Source: Candidatus Eiseniibacteriota bacterium (GTDB lineage: Bacteria; Eisenbacteria; RBG-16-71-46; CAVPCR01). From it: a stretch of 64,000 bases of DNA. The DNA lies in contig CAWGMA010000003.1 in NCBI GenBank assembly GCA_963823555.1, forward strand, positions 384,001-448,000, given 5' to 3'. Positions 52,434-62,376 of the stretch are shown here, one piece after another. Position 1 is the stretch's first letter, and the number at the start of each line of letters is the position of its first letter. A model generated the notes under the pieces. The model was not told the DNA's origin, searched no databases, and saw only the letters and a program-made list of their open reading frames with translations. The position numbers and the translations under genes were made by a program.

Positions 52434-53555
52434 ATGGATCGTCGCAGAGTGGGATTCGCCGCCTTCGTGGCCGTCGGCGTCTCAGCGGGGTTCCTTTCCA
52501 GCTGCTCGGACGATGACATCATCCTGTGTCCCGATGGCCGCACGCTCGCCTTCGCGGATGCGGACTACGAGGCCCGCCGCTTCTTCTTCGTCGTCGATCC
52601 GGTGGATCCACTTCTCACCGGACGGCTGGTCCCGCCCGGTGATCCCGACTGGATTGCCCCGCCCGAGATAACGGACCTTCGCCTCTGGCACGACGACCGG
52701 AATGCGGCCAACAACGGGGCCGCCCTCCGTGGCGTCGCGTATCTCGACCCGCGCCCCGGTGCCCTGGCGGCCCTCGACTCGGTGATCGGGTTCTTCGATC
52801 CGCTCACCGCGGGCGTCGACTTCACGATCCTCGAAGATCTCTACCCGGTGGATGCCGGATCGGCGCGGGGCGCGAGCGCCGCGCCCCGCTCGTACCTCGT
52901 CGTCGACATCACGGACCGCGTGCGGCCCGGAGAGGCGCTGGCGGCCACCTTCACGGCGACCTACACGATTCCGGGTGAGCCCGATCCTCTGGTCATCCGC
53001 TACGGCACGGAGGTCGACACCGGCCCGACCCCGGACACGATCCTCTTGAAGGCGCTCCGTATCCCGGATGCGAGGTACACGCAGTTCGACGGCGAGTATG
53101 TGAGTCGAGATGATTTCTGGTATCCCACACGACGCCTCGAGATCAGGAGCATCTACCCGTTCGAGCTCGTCGCAGATGAGGAGCTCGTCGGGGCCCGGGT
53201 CGCGGAGAACACGAGCCACAGCGCGCACTTTCCCGGCGCCAGCGAGGAGGCCACCTATCTCCGGGGCCTGGGAATCGACAAGGAGGATGCTTCGGGACAG
53301 CCCGGCTTCGACCATGTGATCGACCGCGCCTACCAGCGCCGCGATCTCTCGCTCATCGTGTTGCCCGACCTGCGTCCGTTCGCCCCGGCCGCCGAGGATT
53401 CGGTGTGGCCGTTCTTCCATGCGGACCTGTCGCAGCGCGAGGCTCGGCCGGCCTACTTCGTCGGTGCCGATGCCAACCGCGCTCTCTATGACCGGCTCGT
53501 CATGGCCCCGGAAACCGATTCCCGATACACCTTCGACCTGAACCTGTCGCCATGA
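52434..53555 (+). CDS. lipoprotein with region reminiscent of the SprA N-terminal part
   Basis: LSSC lipobox; TYLRGLGID, LPDLRPF motifs. Confidence 0.6.
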   Translation: MDRRRVGFAAFVAVGVSAGFLSSCSDDDIILCPDGRTLAFADADYEARRFFFVVDPVDPLLTGRLVPPGDPDWIAPPEITDLRLWHDDRNAANNGAALRGVAYLDPRPGALAALDSVIGFFDPLTAGVDFTILEDLYPVDAGSARGASAAPRSYLVVDITDRVRPGEALAATFTATYTIPGEPDPLVIRYGTEVDTGPTPDTILLKALRIPDARYTQFDGEYVSRDDFWYPTRRLEIRSIYPFELVADEELVGARVAENTSHSAHFPGASEEATYLRGLGIDKEDASGQPGFDHVIDRAYQRRDLSLIVLPDLRPFAPAAEDSVWPFFHADLSQREARPAYFVGADANRALYDRLVMAPETDSRYTFDLNLSP

Positions 53556-54004
53556 TCTCCTGTCCTCGCGGCAATTCGCCGCCCCTCTCCAGCTTTCTTC
53601 TTGCCGTCATGCTGGCGGTGCTGGCGGCCATCGCGCTCTCCTCGCCCGGATGCGACGATGAGGACTCCGAGGCCAGAGACATCGCCCGCCTCGAGGCCAT
53701 GGAAGAGGAGATTCGCGAGCTCATCGGTGACGCGCCCTGTGCCGACTCCACCGATTGCGCAGTCATCGCGCTGGGCACGAAGCCCTGTGGCGGGCCCTGG
53801 GGCTATCTCGTCTACGCGAGGTCGGCGGTCGACTCCCTCGAGCTCATCGCCCGGGTTCGCGAATACACCGCCTACAACGACGAGCTCAATCGCCGCTGGG
53901 GCTGGGTTTCCACCTGCGACCTGGCCCCGCTGCCGCGCGTCGCCTGTGTCGATGGCCATTGCGTGGACACGCTCCACCTCTATGACCACGGGATCCCTCC
54001 CTAG
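53552..54004 (+). CDS. Cys-rich putative lipoprotein
   Basis: SPGC, C..STDC..IALGTKPCGGPWGYLVY. Confidence 0.7.
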   Translation: MISCPRGNSPPLSSFLLAVMLAVLAAIALSSPGCDDEDSEARDIARLEAMEEEIRELIGDAPCADSTDCAVIALGTKPCGGPWGYLVYARSAVDSLELIARVREYTAYNDELNRRWGWVSTCDLAPLPRVACVDGHCVDTLHLYDHGIPP

Positions 54005-54135
54005 GCGAGATCCCGCTTCAGGGGCGTAAACGGCGAAGCCGGGGATGGAGAATCCACCCCCGGCTTTGCTTCTGCCAGTCATTGGCAACAGCTCTACGAC
54101 CACACCGGTCCATTCCCTGGACCAGCGCGATCCTG

Positions 54136-54747
54136 CTAGAAGTGCATGCGCATGCCGCCACGGACCGGGATGAAGGTCGAGCTCTCGCCGTCGGTGAACG
54201 CGGTCGTGATCCGGAGCTCGGTGAAGGCCGAGGCCTTCTCGCTGACCATGCCCTCGACGCCGCCGCCCAGGCTGATCCCGAGCGCGTTCTCCGAGTAGCC
54301 GAAGAACTCCTGGGAGCTGACGCCATCGGTCACGGTCAGATCATCGATCGAGGCGTGAACGAGACCCGCGTTGAACCCGACGTACGGGGTGAACCCCTGC
54401 GGGATGAAGCGGACCCGGAGGCCGCTCATGAGGGAGACCATGCTGATGCTGGCGCCGGAGGCGCCAAGGCCGGTCTCGCTCGCGAACTGGTTGCTATCCA
54501 GCCCGAACCGGTCGTAGCCGACCGACATGACATCGATGGCCAGGTGCTTGTTGAGCTGATACGCCATCCCGCCGCCGATCGAGAATCCCATGCTGTGATA
54601 GTCGGTCATCGAACCGGTCGGGGAGGACATGCCGCCGTACATGGATACGGAAGTTCTGGGCTGACCATAGAGGTCATCGGCCGCCGCCGCGCCGTAACAG
54701 AACACCACGGCCGCCGCCGCAACGCAGATCGTGACTAGCAGTTTCAT
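54136..54747 (-). CDS. outer membrane beta-barrel protein (OmpA-like 8-strand)
   Basis: Signal peptide, TPYVGFNAG, terminal Phe. Confidence 0.8.
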   Translation of the reverse strand: MKLLVTICVAAAAVVFCYGAAAADDLYGQPRTSVSMYGGMSSPTGSMTDYHSMGFSIGGGMAYQLNKHLAIDVMSVGYDRFGLDSNQFASETGLGASGASISMVSLMSGLRVRFIPQGFTPYVGFNAGLVHASIDDLTVTDGVSSQEFFGYSENALGISLGGGVEGMVSEKASAFTELRITTAFTDGESSTFIPVRGGMRMHF

Positions 54748-55000
54748 TGCCTTCTCCCGGTGACTGACAGACGAAAGGACTCGATCCCGAGTCCACGAGG
54801 TATCCGATGACGTTTTCGGTTATCCGCCGCCAGTCAATGAGCCGGGCCTGAGGTGGCTTTCCAGGTGTCTCATGCTGGCACACAGGACTGGCGATCAGCC
54901 CCAGAAGGGCCTATGCTCTTCCGCCAGGCCGCTGCTGATACCCGCGTGGTGACCGCCGTGCCACTCGCCACCACCGAAATCGGAGCCGGGAGGGGAATTC

Positions 55001-55168
55001 GTGGGGACACTCGAGCTCACGCCCATGCAGACCGCGCTCGTCGTCGCGGTCGGGCTCATCGCTTTCTACGTCGCCTTTCGCACAAGGAAGCGCATCCTGA
55101 AGGTGTTCTTCTGGGCGGTCGCGCTCCTCGTCGCCGCCTGGGCGGCGTGGCGGCTCTTTCAGGGCTGA
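55001..55168 (+). CDS. small two-helix membrane protein (55 aa, not in ORF track)
   Basis: GGAGG RBS, GTG start, MGTLELTPMQTALVVAVGLIAFYVAFRTRKRILKVFFWAVALLVAAWAAWRLFQG. Confidence 0.6.
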   Translation: MGTLELTPMQTALVVAVGLIAFYVAFRTRKRILKVFFWAVALLVAAWAAWRLFQG

Positions 55169-55177
55169 GCCGGCTCC

Positions 55178-57577
55178 TCAGCGTGCAACGGGTGACGGCG
55201 GCAAGTCGGCAGTCATCTCGATCAGGCTGCCGCCCATGACATCGTCGGCGGTGATCTCGGGAAGCGGTAACCGGATCTCCGGAGATGTGGCGACGAGGAT
55301 CTCGCCGCGGTCGAAGTGGCTCTCGCCGGGCGATGCCGGGGCCAGGTCCGTCGTGTCCGCGCGACGCCGTGTGGACGCGGTCGGATAGGGCACGACGATC
55401 TCGATCACGCCGTTCCGATCGGCGGCCAGCGGCGACACGTAGGGGAAGAGCCGGCCGTCGGGTGAGCGGACGGCGGCGAGCAAGACCCCTTCCGTGGATG
55501 CAGGGAGGCCGTTCACGCGGAGGCGTGCTCCCGGGACGATCTCGAAGAGCTTGACGAAGGGGGTCGTGCTGCCCTCAGGGAGCGTCTCGAGCGAATCGCT
55601 CGCCGCCACGAGCCGGAGCCATCCGATCGGGGGAATGAAGCGGCTCTGCCCCTGGAAGCCGCTGCCGAAGCGCCGCGAGAGCCGATAGAGCATCGTCTCC
55701 TCGATCTCGGGGGTGAACTCGATCGTGGCCTGTCCCGGTGCGCTGAGCGTGGCGCTCGCCAGGTAGCGCCGGCGCGTTGCGTCATCCGGCACCAGTCCGT
55801 CGAAGCCCCCGGCGAGGTCCCGCACCAGCACGTAGCGCACGCGCAGGGAATCGGCCACCGCGTGCGCCTCGTTCTCGCTCGTCGCCAGGAAGAACTGCTG
55901 CACGCGGCGCGGATCGCCGGCGTGATCGCCGAAGTTGTCGGTGACCGCCGGCCTTCTTGCGTGGTACTGGATGAAGTGTCCGAACGACCATTCGGCGAGC
56001 ACACCGCCGGCCGGTTCGCGGGCGGCGAGATCGCGCAGCACCGCGCGCGCGCGATCGAAGCCGAGATTCGCCTCTTCCTCGCGCCCGAAACCGGCAGCAC
56101 AGGGCAGCACAGCGACGAGCACCAAGACGAGGATGATCGCCATGCCGAGCGCTCGCGGGCGCGGGGTGCCGCGGCCCAGGCGCGCGATGATCGGCTCGGC
56201 CGCGATCGCGGCGCCGAAGCCGATGAAGAGGGAGAGGTGCGGCATGAACCGGATCTGCTGCACGGCGAGCGCGGCAAAGAGGATCGATGTCAGCAGGAAG
56301 AGCCGGCGCCTGGGGTCGGCGTGCTCGATCTGCGGGGCCAGACGCCACCAGGCCACGGGGAGGAGCAGAGCGAGAGCGGAGAGGGCGATCACCGCCTGGC
56401 GAAGGCCGCTGGCGATACCGGTAGCGAACAGCGGGCGACTCTCGCCGATCGTCGCCTGCCACGGCGCGAAGCGGCGAGTGACGTAACCGAGGCCGCTCAG
56501 GAGCTCGCGGCCGAGGATGGCGATGAGGACGACGAAGAGAACGGCGGCCGCGACGAGGAGGAGGTCGCGGCGCGAATCCCCCGCCGGCTCGCGGTCCCGA
56601 GCGCGCCGCCGCCGCGCATCCCGCGGCCGCTGGCTGAAGAGCGCGCTTGCGAGGTAGGTGCCGAGGGCGACGGCCGCGGTCAGAGCCGGCTGGAAGAGCC
56701 CGAACTGATAGTGGTGGAACGGAGCTCCCGCGAGCGCGTAGGCAAGCGCCCAGGGCAGGAGCACGAGGGTGGCGATCCCCAGGCTCGTCGCTGTCATCTC
56801 GAGCGCGCGCCCGCGCTCTCGACCGGGAGCGAGAACAGCGGCGAGCACGGCGAGCCCGAGCAGGATCACGAGCGTGAGCTGGGTGAGAAGGGCCGCGGCC
56901 AACGCCAAGCCGGGGACGATGGCGGTGCGCAAGAGCGGAGCTCCCGCTGCCGTGCGGGCGAGTGCCGTTCCGAGCGCCATCACCGCGAGCACGACGGCGA
57001 GCAGCTCGGCGGCATGGTGGTCGAGGAGCCCGAGCGTCGTATAGGGATAGTTGGCGGGGAGGAGGATGGGCAGCGCTGCCACCGCCAGCGCGAGCGCAAG
57101 GCGACCCGGCCACATGGCGCGCGCCAGGAAGAACAGCGCGACCACGGTGAGAGCGAAGAGCGCGGGCGGAAGGAGCGCCACTGCCAGGCTCGGTCCCACC
57201 TCGCTCGCGCCGGCGGGCGCGGGGAAGAGCCGGGTCATTGCCGCCAGCACGAGATCGTAGAGCGGCGGCCAGATCACAGAGGCGCCGCGAGGATGATTGA
57301 TGAAGCGATCGAAGACAGCCAGATCGGGGAAGCGTTCGGCGATGAGCTCGGCCCGCCGGAGGTGATAGCAGGCATCGGGGTCGCGGATGATCGCGATGCC
57401 CCCCTCCATCACCGCGCCGAGCCGGGGCACGGCGCGGGCGATGACGGCAGTGGCCATGAGGAAGAGCGCGGCCAACGCCACCCCGGGGCCGCTGCTCGCT
57501 TGCGGCGCGGAGCCCGTCAGCGGCTCGGGTGCCGGAAGGGATCCCGGCGCCGAGGGCGAAGGCTGGTCCTCGTTCAC
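55178..57577 (-). CDS. STT3/AglB/PglB-family oligosaccharyltransferase
   Basis: DPDACYHLRR, WPPLYD, DHHAAE, TIGES, EWSFGH, DNFG; many TM helices. Confidence 0.82.
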   Translation of the reverse strand: MNEDQPSPSAPGSLPAPEPLTGSAPQASSGPGVALAALFLMATAVIARAVPRLGAVMEGGIAIIRDPDACYHLRRAELIAERFPDLAVFDRFINHPRGASVIWPPLYDLVLAAMTRLFPAPAGASEVGPSLAVALLPPALFALTVVALFFLARAMWPGRLALALAVAALPILLPANYPYTTLGLLDHHAAELLAVVLAVMALGTALARTAAGAPLLRTAIVPGLALAAALLTQLTLVILLGLAVLAAVLAPGRERGRALEMTATSLGIATLVLLPWALAYALAGAPFHHYQFGLFQPALTAAVALGTYLASALFSQRPRDARRRRARDREPAGDSRRDLLLVAAAVLFVVLIAILGRELLSGLGYVTRRFAPWQATIGESRPLFATGIASGLRQAVIALSALALLLPVAWWRLAPQIEHADPRRRLFLLTSILFAALAVQQIRFMPHLSLFIGFGAAIAAEPIIARLGRGTPRPRALGMAIILVLVLVAVLPCAAGFGREEEANLGFDRARAVLRDLAAREPAGGVLAEWSFGHFIQYHARRPAVTDNFGDHAGDPRRVQQFFLATSENEAHAVADSLRVRYVLVRDLAGGFDGLVPDDATRRRYLASATLSAPGQATIEFTPEIEETMLYRLSRRFGSGFQGQSRFIPPIGWLRLVAASDSLETLPEGSTTPFVKLFEIVPGARLRVNGLPASTEGVLLAAVRSPDGRLFPYVSPLAADRNGVIEIVVPYPTASTRRRADTTDLAPASPGESHFDRGEILVATSPEIRLPLPEITADDVMGGSLIEMTADLPPSPVAR

Positions 57578-58056
57578 GCCTGGTCTTCGCCGGCGGCACG
57601 CGCCAGATCGTCGCCGTCGAGGTTGAATATGCGGCCGAAGCCGGCGACGAAGCGCGCGCTTGCGGGCTCGATCCGGAAGATGGCGAAATCGCCCAGCGCG
57701 AAGAGCGGGGCAGCTTCCGGGAAGCGGGAGACATAGAGCTGGCGCGCGGCTTCGAGACCCGGATCCCCGGCAGGCATCTCCCGGGCTCGACCGACGACCG
57801 AGAAGCGAGCCAACGTCTGCGGGTCGCCTGTGCCCGGGTCCGGCTCGCTGATCATGAGCGAGGCCCGAGGATCGGCGAGGAGATCTTGCGTGTGGTAGGC
57901 CAGCCGGCTCACATGGATCAGGAAGGCGGAGAAGTCGGCTACCGGCGCATAGGCCACGAGCGACACGAACGGCGTCCCTTCGCGCAGCGTGCCGAGGGCG
58001 GCGACGCGCTGGGACCGGACGAGCTCGGCGAGGGTGAGGCGCGACTGGCGATCCAT
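57574..58056 (-). CDS. pyridoxamine 5'-phosphate oxidase / HugZ-like protein
   Basis: PFVSLV, SRLAYHTQDL, DFAIFRI, FVAGFGR. Confidence 0.85.
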   Translation of the reverse strand: MDRQSRLTLAELVRSQRVAALGTLREGTPFVSLVAYAPVADFSAFLIHVSRLAYHTQDLLADPRASLMISEPDPGTGDPQTLARFSVVGRAREMPAGDPGLEAARQLYVSRFPEAAPLFALGDFAIFRIEPASARFVAGFGRIFNLDGDDLARAAGEDQA

Positions 58057-58373
58057 TCAGGGAACTCCTCGAGTGATGTGGGCCGGCCGCGAGGCCGGAG
58101 ATGCTCTTGTTGCCGGCGAGCGCGGCCGGCCGAGCGTCGCTATGGAGCGCGGCCGGCCGAGCGTCGCATGGCGCGCGGCCGGCGTCCAGGGTCGGAACCC
58201 CGGCCGGAATCGAGTCGGGGCGCCGCATTCGCCGCCGCCCGGCGGCCCGGCGCTGGCTCGACCCGGGTCAACTGGCGGCACCCTCAGGGCGAACTCTCCC
58301 AGCCCCGGTCCTCCGCGAGCGGGATCGCGCCCATAACCCATTGCCAGATCGTGGGCACGCGACTGTCTCGAAC

Positions 58374-58389
58374 TGGCATGGCGAGTGCA
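58374..58389 (+). promoter_or_regulatory. possible sigma54 promoter
   Basis: TGGCATG-GCGA-GTGCA (GG-N10-GC) about 95 bp before the Zn-ribbon gene. Confidence 0.35.
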
Positions 58390-58482
58390 CAAGCGGTCAG
58401 CGGGGCGATAGCGCCGATCACGCGCGCCTGGGTCACTCCGACCCCGGCGCGGCGTGGTTCACGGCGTCATGCCTATAACTGG

Positions 58483-58809
58483 ATGGATTCGCTAATCAGC
58501 CTTCTCTTCCAGATCGAGACCATCGAGACCGCATTGGCCGGCGCCCAGGGGCTCGAGGCCGAGGAGGCGCGAGTCCAGCTGAGCCTCCTTCTGGCCCAGC
58601 TACCCAAGCCGATTCGCGATCAGTACGAATGGCTGCGCACGTGGACGAGCTACCCGATCGCCCGACTGCGCAGCCGGACGTGTACCGGATGTGGCGCTGT
58701 CTACCCCGCGGACCATGCTTTCATCATGGCCCATGAGACCCGGGTCACCTACTGCGAGCACTGCCTGCGGGTGCTCCTGATTCGCGACCTGGGGCTGGTA
58801 GCCGCTTGA
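58483..58809 (+). CDS. C4 zinc-ribbon domain protein
   Basis: CTGC...CEHCLRVL. Confidence 0.7.
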   Translation: MDSLISLLFQIETIETALAGAQGLEAEEARVQLSLLLAQLPKPIRDQYEWLRTWTSYPIARLRSRTCTGCGAVYPADHAFIMAHETRVTYCEHCLRVLLIRDLGLVAA

Positions 58810-58969
58810 GCAGGGGGGAGCAAGGGGGAGTATAATTGAGCGAGGAGCCGCAAGAGTCTGCGGTTCCGTCATGACGAGATGGCGGGCGCCCGGCGCTGGA
58901 GGTGGCGCAGGGGGTTAAGGCGTTTCTTTCCGGCGGGCGCCCGACCATTCTCGCGAGGAAGGTGAGCCC

Positions 58970-59305
58970 ATGTCTCGTGCAGTTCGTCTGTGGATTCTCA
59001 TCGTTGTTCTCTTCATCGCCGTTGCCGCAGCGTTCCTGCCGCGGGCCGGGGCATCGGAAGATCCTGAGCGCACCGCGCTCCTGGAGGACCTGCGGGCCTT
59101 CCAGCGGGGGCAGGTCGGGCCGATCGGGGATGACATCTTCCATCACCCCGAGCGCCCCGGCAAGGTGGTGCGCGTCGTGCCGTGGTTCGGCGCCGATGGT
59201 CACTACGCGATCGTCGCCATCACCGAGGTGGGCTGGGTCTATCGCACCAACGACCTCTCCAACTGGGAGCTGGTCGGGAAGATCCTGGAGACGCCGGAGT
59301 TCTAG
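58970..59305 (+). CDS. small secreted hypothetical protein
   Basis: Signal peptide, RBS-like AAGGTGAG. Confidence 0.6.
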   Translation: MSRAVRLWILIVVLFIAVAAAFLPRAGASEDPERTALLEDLRAFQRGQVGPIGDDIFHHPERPGKVVRVVPWFGADGHYAIVAITEVGWVYRTNDLSNWELVGKILETPEF

Positions 59306-59456
59306 GAAGGCTGGCTCGAGTTCCGGGGCGCCGAGCCTCTGCTCGGTCCCCGATCGCGGGTAGCCCGCGTGCTAGCATGCGGGAGGCGCCAGGCGCCTCC
59401 CGGGTTGGTGGGCTCCCGGTTGCGCTCGCGCGCGACCGGGAGCCCTTTCCTTTGCT

Positions 59457-61766
59457 GTGACCGCTAGCTCAAGCGAGGTCATCGTGCCCTTGCCTTCCCT
59501 CGCCATCGAACCGAACGAGGTGCTCTTCGGCGCCGATCCGAGCCCCGGGATCCTGGCCGTGGAAATGCTGGATGACCGCACGATGGAGCTCTTCATCCGG
59601 AGCGGAAAGCCCGCCCGCGGCGCGGCGCCGCCGGCTGTCGAGCGCGTGCGCCAGGAGTTCCGGCCCTGTCTCTGGATCGCCGACCGGGATCTCCTCACCG
59701 GTTACTCGGGAACGACCGCCGTCGAGGAGCTCAGCGGCGAGGGGGAGCTGCGCTACCTCGTGACCGTGCCCGGCGGCCGCGAGCTCGAGGCGCTCCGCCG
59801 GCACCTGCGGACCGCGAGCGGGGAGACCTCCTCGAGCCGGAGCGCACCCTATCTGTACATCGGCGATCGCGTTCACCTGCACCTCCTGCGCACCGGGCAG
59901 ACGCTCTTCAAGGGCATGACGTTCACCGACCTGAACCGAGTCCAGATCGACATCGAGACCGACTGCCAGGAGGGATTCGAGTTCTCGAACCCGGAGCGGG
60001 AAACCGATCGCATTCTCTCGATCGCGGTCACCGATTCGACCGGCTTCGAGGAGGTGATCTGGGGCGGCGATGGGGATGAGAAGGCCATGATCGAGCGCCT
60101 CGCCACGGTGATCAGGGAACGGGATCCCGATGTCATCGAGGGGCACAATCTCTTCAAGTTCGATCTCGAGTACCTGCGCGTGCGCGCCAAGCGCTACAAG
60201 CTCGATCTCGAGTGGGGCCGTGACGGCTCCCCGGCGCGGAGCCGGCCGTCGCGGGTCCAGATCGCCGAGCGCATCATCGACTACCCGCGCTGGGAGGTCC
60301 GGGGCCGCCATCTCGTCGACACCTGGCTTCTCGTCCAGTTCTACGATGTCAGCGCGCGCGAGCTCGAGAGCTACGGGCTCAAGGACGTGGCGAGCCACTT
60401 CGGCCTGGCTGCACCGGATCGCGAGATCGTCGACGGCCTCGATGTGTCCCGGGTCTTTCGCACCGACCCCGAGCGGCTCCGCCGCTACAACCTGGCCGAC
60501 GCCCAGGACGTGGGGAAGCTCGCCGAGCTCCTCTCCGGGAGCTATTTCATCCAGACCCAGATCTTCCCCTATGACTACCAGAGCGTGGTCGTGCGCGGGA
60601 ACGCGACCAAGATCAACGCGCTCTTCCTGCGCGAGCACCTGCGCCGGGGGCAATCGATCCCGCTCTTACCCGACGTCGATCGCGAGATCGCGGGCGGCAT
60701 GACGGCGGTCTACCGCCAGGGTGTCGTGTCGCCGGTGCTGCATGCCGACGTGCGCTCCCTCTATCCCTCGGTGATGCTCGCCTACGGACTCCGCCCGGAG
60801 CGCGATGATCTCGATCTCTTCCTCGGATTGCTGCGCGACCTGCGTGAGTTCCGCCTCAAGGCGCGCGCCGCCATGGCCAAGGCCCAATCGCCGGCCGAGC
60901 GCCATCACTTCGACGCGCTCCAGTCCACGTTCAAGATCCTCATCAACTCGTTCTATGGCTACCTGGGGAGCGGCTTCGCCCACTGGGCCGACACCAAGGC
61001 GGCGAACGAGGTCACGCGGCGGGGCCGGGAGATCATCCAGCAGATGATCGACTGGCTCAAAGGCCGGGGCGCCGAGCCGATCGAGGTCGACACCGACGGT
61101 GTCTACTTCGTGCCGCCGCCGGGGGTCGGCGGCGACGAGGCGAGCGCGGAGGCCTTCATCGCGGAGCTCTCCACGGAGCTGCCGGAGGGAATCCAGGTCG
61201 AGCTCGCCGGCCGCTATCGCGCCATGCTGAGCTACAAGATGAAGAACTACGCGCTCCTCGACGAGGATGGGCGGCTGGCGATCACCGGATCGGGGCTCCG
61301 CTCGCGTGGTCTCGAGCGTTTCCAGCGCGATTTCCTCCGCGACATGCTACGGCTCGCGCTCGAGGGGCGGGCGGCGGAGATCCCCGCGCTCCATGCGCAG
61401 CTCGACGAGAAGTTCGCGCGCCACGAGCTCCACGTGCGCGACTTCATGAAGACCGAGACCCTGGCCGATTCGCTCGCCGCCTATCGCAACAAGGTCGGAG
61501 GCGGATCGCGCAACCGGTCGGCGGCCTACGAGCTGGCGCTCGCGTCGGGGCGCGACCTGCGTCCCGGCGATCAGGTCTCCTACTACGTGACCGGGGACTC
61601 GAAGCGGGTGACCGTGGCCAAGGCGGCGCGCCTCGCCGCGGAGTGGAATCCGGAACAGCCGGACGAGAACGTGGCCTATTACCAGGCCAAGCTCGCCGAT
61701 CTCTATGCGAAGTTCGCACCCATCTGCGGTGTCGAGGCGGGTGGCCAGGGCGAGCTCGGGCTGTAG
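59457..61766 (+). CDS. polB: family B DNA polymerase (Pol II-like)
   Basis: DIET exonuclease motif, GHNLFKFD, DVRSLYPS, KILINSFYG, DTDG. Confidence 0.92.
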   Translation: MTASSSEVIVPLPSLAIEPNEVLFGADPSPGILAVEMLDDRTMELFIRSGKPARGAAPPAVERVRQEFRPCLWIADRDLLTGYSGTTAVEELSGEGELRYLVTVPGGRELEALRRHLRTASGETSSSRSAPYLYIGDRVHLHLLRTGQTLFKGMTFTDLNRVQIDIETDCQEGFEFSNPERETDRILSIAVTDSTGFEEVIWGGDGDEKAMIERLATVIRERDPDVIEGHNLFKFDLEYLRVRAKRYKLDLEWGRDGSPARSRPSRVQIAERIIDYPRWEVRGRHLVDTWLLVQFYDVSARELESYGLKDVASHFGLAAPDREIVDGLDVSRVFRTDPERLRRYNLADAQDVGKLAELLSGSYFIQTQIFPYDYQSVVVRGNATKINALFLREHLRRGQSIPLLPDVDREIAGGMTAVYRQGVVSPVLHADVRSLYPSVMLAYGLRPERDDLDLFLGLLRDLREFRLKARAAMAKAQSPAERHHFDALQSTFKILINSFYGYLGSGFAHWADTKAANEVTRRGREIIQQMIDWLKGRGAEPIEVDTDGVYFVPPPGVGGDEASAEAFIAELSTELPEGIQVELAGRYRAMLSYKMKNYALLDEDGRLAITGSGLRSRGLERFQRDFLRDMLRLALEGRAAEIPALHAQLDEKFARHELHVRDFMKTETLADSLAAYRNKVGGGSRNRSAAYELALASGRDLRPGDQVSYYVTGDSKRVTVAKAARLAAEWNPEQPDENVAYYQAKLADLYAKFAPICGVEAGGQGELGL

Positions 61767-61782
61767 CGTGGGTCAGGGGCGC

Positions 61783-62247
61783 TCACGTCTTCAAGCGCGC
61801 CGATCCGGGCTCCTCGAAGGCGAGGATGGCGGCGCGCTGCGCCTCGCTCAAGGGTTTCGACCTCTCGGCGGCGTAATCGTACATGACCTGGACGCTCTCG
61901 GCGCGCACCGCCAGGCGATCCCCGGCATAGAGCTCGTACGCGAAGCGGAAGCTCCTCTTGCCGATCTCGTTCACCCGGATCCATACCGTGCACTCGTGCT
62001 GCACCTTCACCGGCGCCACGAAGTCGATCTCGACGCGGGCCAGGATGAAATCAACTTCATTGTAGGATGGGATGGCGAACAGGCGGTCCCAGTAGGCGGT
62101 CCGCGCTATCTCGAGATAGGTCAGGTAGACGGCGTTGTTGACGTGCCCCATGGCGTCGGTGTCGCGGAACCGCACCTGCACGGGGGTCGAGAAGCGGAAC
62201 GGCGGGCGCGGCGGCAGGGCCGTTGATGGCTTGTGGACGGGTGTCAT
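61783..62247 (-). CDS. acyl-CoA thioesterase (4HBT family)
   Basis: RFRDTDAMGHVNNAVYLTYLE. Confidence 0.9.
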   Translation of the reverse strand: MTPVHKPSTALPPRPPFRFSTPVQVRFRDTDAMGHVNNAVYLTYLEIARTAYWDRLFAIPSYNEVDFILARVEIDFVAPVKVQHECTVWIRVNEIGKRSFRFAYELYAGDRLAVRAESVQVMYDYAAERSKPLSEAQRAAILAFEEPGSARLKT

Positions 62248-62376
62248 GAGCGTAAAATAGGCGATTCGCGCTTTGCGGGCCAACGGGATCTTCGCCGGCG
62301 CCGGACTCACGCTTCCGGCGCTCGTTGCGCCCCAGGACAGGATGGCCCCCGCACCAGGGGCCGCTGGGAGGACGGG

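Noticed and set aside
58118..58183. 27 bp period tandem repeat (GAGCGCGGCCGGCCGAGCGTCGC x2 plus partial)
   Set aside because: Only about 2.5 GC-rich copies with no spacers; most likely a local duplication.
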